Shown here piece by piece: positions 51,441 through 64,000 of a stretch of 64,000 nt of DNA (positions are counted from its first letter, which is position 1; each line of letters starts with the position of its first letter). Source of the DNA: Euglena gracilis (taxonomy: Eukaryota); contig CP154954.1 of NCBI GenBank assembly GCA_039621445.1, positions 620,001 through 684,000 of the forward strand, written 5' to 3'. The notes under the pieces were generated by a model. That model saw nothing but the letters and a program-made list of their open reading frames with translations. It was not told the DNA's origin and did no database searches. Position numbers and translations under genes: made by a program.

Positions 51441-51512
51441 GCAGATGTAGCTCAGTGGTAGAGCGCAACCTTGCCAAGGTTGATGCCATGGGTTCGAGTC
51501 CCATTATCTGCT
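51441..51512 (+). tRNA. trnG: tRNA-Gly(GCC)
   Basis: Cloverleaf, ACC-TT-GCC-AA-GGT. Confidence 0.95.
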
Positions 51513-51524
51513 TATAGATTTTAG

Positions 51525-51598
51525 GGCGGAGTAGAGCAGTCAGGTAGCTCGCAGGGCTCATAATCCTGAAGTCAGAGGTTCAAATCCTTTCTCCGCTA
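51525..51598 (+). tRNA. trnfM: tRNA-Met(CAU), probably initiator
   Basis: CAGGG-CT-CAT-AA-TCCTG; GTAGCTCG D-arm typical of fMet tRNA. Confidence 0.9.
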
Positions 51599-51773
51599 CA
51601 TCAATTTTTGCATATTTCAAATAAATAAATTTTATAAATTTCTTTATTTTTAATATAATACTTTCTTAGTATTTTATTAATTTACTGTTTGTTCATATTT
51701 AAAATTAAAATCATTGTGTAAAATATTTCATTTTGCAGATATATTTATAGATTCAAAGAGTTCTTAATAAAAA

Positions 51774-51859
51774 AGGAGAAGAAGGGATTTGAACCCTCGG
51801 TGTTTATTAGACACACTCGATTAGCAATCGAGCTCTTTCGACCACTCAGACACTTCTCC
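51774..51859 (-). tRNA. trnS: tRNA-Ser(GCU)
   Basis: GGAGAAG...TCGA-TT-GCT-AA-TCGA, long variable arm. Confidence 0.95.
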
Positions 51860-51873
51860 AATATTTTATTTTC

Positions 51874-51945
51874 CTGAGGCGGGAGGATTCGAACCTCCGA
51901 ATGACAGGGCCAAAACCCGTTGCCTTACCACTTGGCTACGCCTCA
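51874..51945 (-). tRNA. trnQ: tRNA-Gln(UUG)
   Basis: TGAGGCGTAGCCAAGTGGTAAGGCA...TTG anticodon. Confidence 0.95.
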
Positions 51946-51973
51946 AACTTTGTATTTATGTATAAAGAATTTT

Positions 51974-52006
51974 AGTTGAAAACTATCGAATTTTTAGTTT
52001 TCAACT
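51974..52006. terminator. Stem-loop immediately 3' of ycf4 (3'-end processing or terminator-like)
   Basis: AGTTGAAAACTA / TAGTTTTCAACT perfect 12-bp stem, 9-nt loop. Confidence 0.55.
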
Positions 52007-52008
52007 TT

Positions 52009-52927
52009 TTAATACCCTTTTATTGGCACATTTAAAAATGATGCTATTTCACTTGCTTGTTTTTCTAAATCACTTATTTTTATTGGATTTGATAATTGTA
52101 TTATTGGAAGATCATTTTTATCTTTAATACGCAAAAAAACATTTTGTTTTACATTAAAGTACTCATTTTTTATTTCAATTCTAATTCCTTCATTAAAATA
52201 ATTTTTTAAACTTTTTTTTGAACTGTATGTGCTTTTTGCAGACAGCTCGTTTTTTTGACTCTTTTTAAATTTTCTTTTCGAATTTTTAAGTTTAATGATT
52301 ATGCAATAATATTTTTATTTTTTTTTAAATTTTATATTTTAATGATTTATTTTTTATTCTATTTTTGACATATTAAAATGTTTGTAATACTTTTGATTCT
52401 TGGTTTATATTTATAATTATATTTTTTTAGTTAATTACTTATATATTTTATTGAGACGTATATTAATTGCAGTTATCTCATTCTTTTACTATGTCTTTAA
52501 GTGAATACGTTATATTTATATCAGAATTTTTTCCTTGTTTACCCTTTCGGTAAATTGTCATTAAATTTAACTCTTTGTTGAATTCGTTATAACCTTCGCC
52601 AACTCCGTTTAAAATTATACTTATTTGATTTATACTAAATAAAATTCCGCAAGTACCATAAAAACACATTGTTATTCCTTGAGGAAAAAATATTATTTCG
52701 CTTGCGTCTAAAAAATATATTAGATTATTTCCTATATAACTTGATATTCCTACTATTAAAAATCCGATTCCTCCTAATAACATTACAATATTATAAAACC
52801 ATTTTATTATTTTATTATTTTCTTTTATTTCTTGACGCAATATTTTTGGGAGGTTTATTTGTTTTTGTTTTGCTTTTATATTTTCATTTTTTGAAAGTGT
52901 CATATTATTTATATCTCTTAGATTCAT
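52009..52927 (-). CDS. ycf4: PSI assembly protein Ycf4; intron ~52192-52489
   Basis: GGIGFLIVGISSY, FFPQGITMCFYG, LKDI|EGIRIE...LEKQASEIASFLNVPIKGY*. Confidence 0.93.
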
Positions 52928-52934
52928 AAATTAA

Positions 52935-54377
52935 TTATTGTATTATTGATAAAACAACGCCGGCACCCACAGTTCTACCACCTTCTCTAATTGCAAATCT
53001 CATACCTTTTTTCCAATATGTTTTATTTGATATAATTTAAACGAAAGTTTTTATTTTATTTTATTTTATTTTATTTTATTTTATTTTATTTTATTTTATT
53101 TTATTTTATTAAACGACACTTCTATTGCAATGGGTTGTATTAATTCTACTTTCATTTTTATTCTATCCCCAGGCATTACCATTTGCGCAGGATTATCATT
53201 GTCTGATCTAAATGATTCGATTTTTCCAGTTACATCTGTTGTACGTACATAAAACTGTGGTCTATATCCTTCAAAAAAAGGTGTATGTCTTCCCCCCTCT
53301 TCTTTAGTAAGAATGTATACTTGGGAATCAAATTTTGTATGTGGATTTATTGTTCTTGGTTTTGCTAATACCATTCCTCGTTCAACATCATTTTTTTGTA
53401 TACCTCTTAATAAAACTCCAACGTTGTCTCCTGCAAGAGCTTCATCTAAACTTTTTTGAAACATTTCTAGTCCTGTTATTGTTGTGGAACGTGTGTCTTT
53501 TAATCCTACAAGTTCTACTGTCTCACCTACTTTTATTGTTCCACGTTCCACACGTCCTGTTGCTACAGTTCCTCTTCCTGTAATTGATAAAACGTCTTCA
53601 ATAGCCATAAGGAAATCTTTTTCTGTATCTCTTGTAGGTGTAGGTATATAAGAATCTACTTGATCCATTAAGTTTAATATTTTATCCACCCACTTGTTTT
53701 CTCCTTTAGTAATTTTAGGATTTTTTGTTAATGCTTCAACAGATAATAGGGCTGATCCAGGTATAACAGGAATATCGTCTCCTGGAAACTCGTAATTACT
53801 TAGAGTTTCTCGAATTTCTAATTCAACTAATTCTAATAGTTCACTATCGTTTTTGATGGAATATTTTCTTCATTTAATTTTAAAATTAATTTTATTTTTT
53901 ATATGTTTTTTAAGTTTCTCTTTTAGTGAAGGTTTTTAATTTTTAAGCTTATTCTACTTGGTCTTCTTTATTTAAAAAAACAACGATGTTAGGTACTCCT
54001 ACTTGTTTTGCTAAAAGAATATGTTCTTTAGTTTGTGGCATTGGTCCATCCGCCGCCGAAACGACTAGTATCGCTCCATCCATTTGAGCAGCTCCTGTTA
54101 TCATATTTTTTACATAATCCGCATGCCCTGGGCAATCTACATGTGCATAATGTCGATTTTTTGTTTCATATTCTACATGTGCTGTATTTATAGTTATTCC
54201 TCGGGCTTTTTCTTCTGGAGCTGAATCAATATCTTCATATCTTTTGGCTTTTGAATTTCCTGTTGCAGCTAGAGCCATAGTTATTGCCGCTGTTAAAGTA
54301 GTTTTTCCATGGTCAACATGTCCAATTGTGCCTATGTTAATATGTGGCTTAGTTCTTTCAAATTTCTGACGAGCCAT
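52935..54377 (-). CDS. tufA: Elongation factor Tu; group III introns 53850-53952 (103 nt) and 53010-53119 (110 nt)
   Basis: [48 protein letters not shown]. Confidence 0.98.
53049..53110. repeat. (TTTTA)12 microsatellite inside a tufA intron
   Basis: Direct reading of the sequence. Confidence 0.95.
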
Positions 54378-54385
54378 TTTTATTT

Positions 54386-54480
54386 TTTGTTTTCTTTTAT
54401 GAAACTTTTTTTTTGAAAAAATTTTATTATCTTAAAATTAATAAAATTTTTATTTTATTTAAAATATTTAATTAACTCAT
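54386..54480 (-). other. Possible ~95-nt group III intron in the rps7-tufA spacer
   Basis: Starts ATGAG (NUNNG), A/T-rich, typical size; no coding frame to fix the 3' end. Confidence 0.4.
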
Positions 54481-54547
54481 TTTATTAGAAAGATTTTGGT
54501 CAAATTTTATTTTTTATTTTTTTTAACGCTTAAAAAATTTATATATA

Positions 54548-55018
54548 TTAAAATTTCATATTTGAGAATGCTTTATTTGCTTCAGCTGTTTTATGTATCT
54601 CCTCTTTTTTTTTTACAGCTTCACCTGTGTTATTCGATGCATCAATTATTTCATTTTTTAGTTTTGTGGATATTCCTCTTCCTTTTCTTTCTCTAGCTTT
54701 TTCTATTATGAATTTTAATGCTAAGCTAGTTCCACGATCTTCTTTTACTTCTACAGGAACTTGATATATTGTTCTTCCGATACGACGCTTTCTTGTTTCC
54801 ATTTGTGGAGATGCGTTTTTTATCGCTTTTCTTAGAATGTCTAAGGGGTCTTTTTTATAAATTTCCTGTATATTTTTCATTGTTTCATAAAAAATATACT
54901 GAGCTAGAGTTTTTTTTCCATTCAATAATATTTTATTAATTACTTTACTTGCTAAAGTACTGTTATAGATAGGATCTTGTGATATTATTCTTTTTTTTGC
55001 TCTTCTTCTTCGAGACAT
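54548..55018 (-). CDS. rps7: Ribosomal protein S7
   Basis: MSRRRRAKKR..DPIYNS..GKKTLA..YQVPVEV..AEANKAF. Confidence 0.97.
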   Translation of the reverse strand: MSRRRRAKKRIISQDPIYNSTLASKVINKILLNGKKTLAQYIFYETMKNIQEIYKKDPLDILRKAIKNASPQMETRKRRIGRTIYQVPVEVKEDRGTSLALKFIIEKARERKGRGISTKLKNEIIDASNNTGEAVKKKEEIHKTAEANKAFSNMKF

Positions 55019-55095
55019 ATATATAAGTTAAATTTCTATTTTTCTAAATTTCTTTTTCAACTTTAGTGTTTTATTTTAGTTAATTTGGGTTGGTT

Positions 55096-55473
55096 TTATT
55101 TGGGTTTTGGTTTTTTTACACCGTATTTAGATCTTGCATTTTTGCGATTTTTTACACTTGCTGCGTCTAAACATCCACGTATTACGTGGTACTTTACTCC
55201 TGGTAAATCTTTAACTCTTCCACCTCTGATAAGGACTACTGAATGTTCTTGTAAATTATGCCCTATTCCTGGTATATAAGCTGTAACTTCTAACCCTGAA
55301 GAAAGTCTTACCCTTGTTACTTTGCGCAAGGCGGAATTTGGTTTTTTTGGTGTTGTTGTGTAAACCCGCATGCATATTGCGCGTTTTTGCGGGCATCCTT
55401 TTAATGCTGGTGATTTAGTTTTTCGTTTTATTTTTTTTCTCGGTGAGCGTGTTAATTGTTCTATTGTAGGCAT
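55096..55473 (-). CDS. rps12: Ribosomal protein S12
   Basis: [21 protein letters not shown]. Confidence 0.98.
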   Translation of the reverse strand: MPTIEQLTRSPRKKIKRKTKSPALKGCPQKRAICMRVYTTTPKKPNSALRKVTRVRLSSGLEVTAYIPGIGHNLQEHSVVLIRGGRVKDLPGVKYHVIRGCLDAASVKNRKNARSKYGVKKPKPK

Positions 55474-56249
55474 TTTAGTTTTTTATTCTATTTTAGGGTA
55501 ATATTTATTTTGCTTTAAAATATTTTTATCTATTTTTTCTTGCGTTTTTTTTTTTAATCATCTTTTTGTTATGTGCGTAGGTTTTCTTTCGAAATAACAA
55601 TTTATAAATTTACTTTTTTATATTTATATTTATATTCTAAAAAGAATTCTTTTTTTCATCATAAATTTTTACTATTACATAGGTTATGTTTGATTTAGTT
55701 ATTAGTTTTAATTTCTTTATTTTTTCAAATTTCCCAATGCATTAAAATGTTTTACTAATACGTATTTATTATTTTTATTTTTATAGTTTTGTATGATACA
55801 TTATTATACATATTTTATCTATGCACGTATATTTTTTCCTACTCGTTTTTTGTATGATAAATAGAATATTAAAATATATTCTTTATTTTTACGTTTTAAT
55901 CGTAAGTAATTTTCTTCGCTATTTAAAATTTTTGATATATTATTTCTTTTTTTTTCCCAATATTAATTCTAAAAAATCAGGATATGAAAAAGCCTAATAT
56001 GAATTTCTTTTTTATAATTTTTAATAATTTACTTTTTTTTGTCTTCTTTTATTGCAGTAATTTTGAAATTTCTTAGGTTAGCTATTTCTTGGTCATAATC
56101 TTATTTCAATATTTTTAATGCAGATTTTCCTTTTACTTGTTTTAAAAACCAACAAAATAATTTTTTATCATATTATTTCCGGAAGTAGTTTTTTTTATTA
56201 CCATATTACCCATTCGTTCGATAGTAAGAATTTTTCCTTTTTTTGGATT

Positions 56250-56625
56250 TCATAAGTTAATTCCTGTTGATTTCATAATAGGTTTTGATAAATGACTGAA
56301 TGATTTAGAATCTCTAACGTTTATTTCAGAAAGTAGTTTTTTGTTTACATAGGTTTTCGTTTTTCTAAGAAAAGATACGAAAATATTATATTTTTCATTT
56401 ATGGTTAGATAGTATTTTAGTCCACCATTTATTCTTGTTATCCACAATGTTTTATTTAGATTTTTTTTTTTTTTTTCGGTCATAAAAAGCATAGTGTCTA
56501 GCTTTCATTAACTGTTGATTTCCTGTTCGAAAAAGTTTCGAATGTCCTCCAACCCATCCTTTCATTTTTGATATTTTTCTTTTTCGCTTTTTTTTACTTA
56601 TACCATTATTTTTGATTCGTGTCAT
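56250..56625 (-). CDS. rpl20: Ribosomal protein L20; 1-nt frameshift in the 16-nt homopolymer at 56461-56476
   Basis: MTRIKNNG..KGWVGGHSKLFR..YAFYDRKKK, then in the other frame LWITRING. Confidence 0.9.
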
Positions 56626-56894
56626 ATGTATTTTGTTGATTAAAGTATTCCTAGAAATTAAATTTTAAACATAATTCCTTTTGAATTTTTTACCTCTTTT
56701 ATTGTATGTTTTACTTTAGATTATTTTATTTTTGTACTTTTTTTTGCACTAACAAAATTTTTTTCAGAATAATAATAATGATGGTTAGCTTTCTACAAAC
56801 TTGCGTAATGTTTTTTTTAATAAAAATTCACATTTTTATTATAATGAAGTCTGTTTTTTTGTCACTATTTATATATTATGTTATTATTATTCTT

Positions 56895-57056
56895 ATGTTG
56901 ATATTAAAAGTATTTGTATACGCTTTGATTTTAATTTTTGTTTCATTATTTGTTTTTGGACTTTTGTCTAACGATCCTGGTCGTAACCCATATGATGATA
57001 CAGGCGAGTTAATGAGGGAAGTCTTTTATAAAGATCCTTATAAAGGACCTTTATAA
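56895..57056 (+). CDS. psbI: PSII subunit I, 53 aa
   Basis: MLILKVFVY...[18 protein letters not shown] plus a C-terminal tail. Confidence 0.93.
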   Translation: MLILKVFVYALILIFVSLFVFGLLSNDPGRNPYDDTGELMREVFYKDPYKGPL

Positions 57057-57130
57057 TTTAATATTTAATTTTTATTATTATAAATAATAATCTTGTTGTA
57101 TGATTATTTGATAATCATATAATATTTTTA

Positions 57131-57203
57131 GGGATTGTAGTTTAATGGTTAGAGCACCGCCCTGTCACGGCGGAAGTTGCGGGTTCGAGTCCCGTCAGTC
57201 CCG
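57131..57203 (+). tRNA. trnD: tRNA-Asp(GUC)
   Basis: CCGCC-CT-GTC-AC-GGCGG. Confidence 0.96.
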
Positions 57204-57272
57204 TTCCCTTTTTTATAAGTTTTTTAAATATTTAGTTTTTTGGATGATAAAATAAAATTTTTATAGTTATCC

Positions 57273-57758
57273 ATGGTTGAAACTCTTGTGTGGTTCTATT
57301 TATCGCAAAGTTTTATTTGCTTATTGTTTTATTTAAAGAGTATTTATATTTTTTAAGTATTATTATTAAAAATAATGTTTAGCTTTAACTATAATTAAAA
57401 CTTTGAAAATTATTATGTTCATTTTTTGTATTGTGCGTTAATGTTTTTGCGAAAACGTTCACAGATTTTTATTATTTATTCTTTAAAATACATTTTTATA
57501 TTAATAATTTTAATATTTAATGAAAAATTTTTTATGACTTAAAAAGTTTATATTTGAAATAGTTTTTAAGCTGGGTGTTTGTTTATTTTGGCCTCCCTAG
57601 TTTTTAGAGAGATAAAAATTATTTTTTCATTTGACTTGGATATAATGTATCTACTTTAATTGTCAGGTATTATTTTAGGATTAATTCCAATAACTATTTG
57701 TGGTTTGTTTTTTACGGCGTATTTACAATATATGCGAAGTGGTAATTCTTTTTATTAA
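57273..57758 (+). CDS. petG: Cytochrome b6f subunit V; intron ~57288-57659
   Basis: [37 protein letters not shown]. Confidence 0.93.
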
Positions 57759-57805
57759 ATAAAACTTAAGTTCTAATTACATTTATAATTTATTTAACTT
57801 TAAGT

Positions 57806-57878
57806 GAGTTGGTAGCTCAGTTGGTAGAGCACTCGGCTTTTAACCGATCGGTCCTGGGTTCGAATCCCAGCCAACTCA
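57806..57878 (+). tRNA. trnK: tRNA-Lys(UUU), no intron
   Basis: TCGG-CT-TTT-AA-CCGA. Confidence 0.96.
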
Positions 57879-57895
57879 TTTTTAATTTTGTGTAG

Positions 57896-61575
<3,680 letters not shown>

Positions 61576-61586
61576 TTATATCTTAA

Positions 61587-62807
<1,221 letters not shown>

Positions 62808-63159
62808 TAACAAAAGAATTTACTTATTAATTTTATCGGTTTGTTTCTGTTGTTTTATAATTAAACTAATTCGTAATGTTTAAAAATTTTTCATTTTCTA
62901 TAAAATAATATTAAAAAGTAGTCATGACACAAACAAATATTTTTAGTTTTCTGCATATATATTATTATTTATAATCAATTTTATTTTTTATTCTATTCAT
63001 ATTTTCTCAAAGTTATATATGTTAAGTTTGAATTTTATTTTTGAGGAAACCTTTAATCTAGGACATGTTTATAAAGGTTGATTATTTTTTATGTTCTTTT
63101 GAATTTGTTTTTTAAAATTAGAATTTTGAAAAAACTTTTAAGGAAACTATTCGTTTTGG

Positions 63160-63356
63160 AGCTACTCACATAGATCTAATAAATTATGAGGCATTAGCAA
63201 ACGTTTCCATCTGTTATTCCTCACCAAGCGCAGATTCTTACATATTACTCACCCGTCCGCCACTAAATTACTATTGCTAGTAATTTCGTTCAACTTGCAT
63301 GTGTTAAGCATACCGCCAGCGTTCACCCTGAGCAAGGATCAAACTCGTCATTTCCA
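63160..63356 (-). rRNA. rrs: 16S rRNA, 5' ~197 nt only
   Basis: Reverse complement TGGAAATGACGAGTTTGATCCTTGCTCAG..AACACATGCAAGT..GGCGGACGGGTGAGTAA. Confidence 0.97.
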
Positions 63357-63437
63357 AAACATCAAAGTTGGTCAAATCCTCTCACCCTCTTGGTGACCAA
63401 GCAAGGGGCACATTTACTATAATGTGCCCACTAAAAG

Positions 63438-63487
63438 CGCGCTTTGTAGGATTCGAACCTACTACATCAGGTTTTGGAGACCTACGC
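63438..63487 (-). pseudogene. Pseudo-tRNA-Trp in the 16S leader
   Basis: Same 3'-half sequence as 20656-20705. Confidence 0.85.
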
Positions 63488-63513
63488 CTTAGGATTTTAA
63501 AGAAAAGAAATAT

Positions 63514-63575
63514 TTGGCTAATACAAGGATTCAATCCACGACCCTACCCTTATCAAAGGTATTCTATAATAATAA
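63514..63575 (-). pseudogene. Pseudo-tRNA-Ile(GAU) in the 16S leader
   Basis: Reverse complement TAGAATACCTTT-GAT-AAGGGTAGGGTCGTGGATTGAATCC; degenerate T-arm and acceptor stem. Confidence 0.7.
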
Positions 63576-63667
63576 AAGATAATAGTGATCTTTGAAAAAT
63601 AAAAAATTTTCCTTTTGATTTTTTTATTTTTTAAAATTTATACGGTATTTTAATTAAAAATAAAAAA

Positions 63668-63696
63668 ATTGTCCCAGCCACACGTTAAAGTACGGA
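63668..63696 (-). pseudogene. Degenerate 16S rRNA 3'-end relic
   Basis: ttgtcccagccacacgttaaagtacgg resembles the reverse complement of the terminal 16S helix (..ccagccacaccttccagtacgg). Confidence 0.55.
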
Positions 63697-64000
63697 AAAA
63701 TTTACACTAGGAATTAAGCTAAGTTATTTCTTGTGAATGAAAAGAATTCACAAGATCAGGGATAAAAGCATAACACCTAAACTGTGCGCATGAGCATTTA
63801 CGTATGAAAGTCTAGGAACCTTACCTTAATATTTTTCAATATCACAAAATATAGGGTACTCAGCAGCAATATAAGAAGTATAAAGACATTTTGGTCTCTT
63901 GTAGCATTTTATAAATATTCGTCCAAATCGACAATGAACGACACGCTTCTTACTAGCAAAAAAATTTACAACTAAAAAGCACACACATAACACAAAGAAC

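Noticed and set aside
55096-55473. Streptomycin-resistance allele of rps12
   Set aside because: The usual lysine sites (PKKPNS, RVKDLP) are wild type.
56706-56894. 63-aa N-terminal extension of PsbI
   Set aside because: Low-complexity T-rich frame; the conserved PsbI start is ATG 56895.

Overview
AT-rich euglenoid plastid DNA, most consistent with the Euglena gracilis chloroplast genome (gene order, many short group II and group III introns, twintrons, 54-bp VNTR, rRNA-leader pseudo-tRNAs). The window is not a simple colinear slice. Positions ~631-20194 are the reverse complement of ~20554-40030 (mirror positions sum to ~40748 over most of the arm), a ~19.5-kb fold-back whose axis lies on the AT-rich 54-bp tandem repeat. 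Positions 1-630 are a third, forward, degraded copy of ycf13, implying a second fold near 630. The cleaner copy (20554 onward) reads: VNTR, pseudo-trnW, trnL(CAA), chlI, psbD (10 introns; intron 8 carries ORF281 and an RT/maturase ORF), psbC (10 introns, with mat2 and ycf13/mat1 inside), trnL(UAA), psbA, trnR, psaM, ycf12, psbK, trnT/G/fM, trnS/Q, ycf4, tufA, rps7, rps12, rpl20, psbI, trnD, petG, trnK, psaA and psaB exon 1. At ~63160 psaB intron 1 is fused to the 5' ~197 nt of a 16S rRNA gene and its leader, so much of the genome is skipped. Most genes and twintrons are known biology. The unusual items are the origin-centred palindrome, a GA-rich tract that is a T-to-G-converted copy of the VNTR, the psaB/16S junction, the two-ORF cargo of psbD intron 8, and introns at the homologous codon of psaA and psaB. 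Complementary frameshifts in the two arms, an error gradient and the T-to-G conversion favour sequencing or assembly artefact for the rearrangements. Real hairpin or subgenomic plastid molecules cannot be excluded from sequence alone. Exon boundaries were read by eye and may be off by 1-3 nt.
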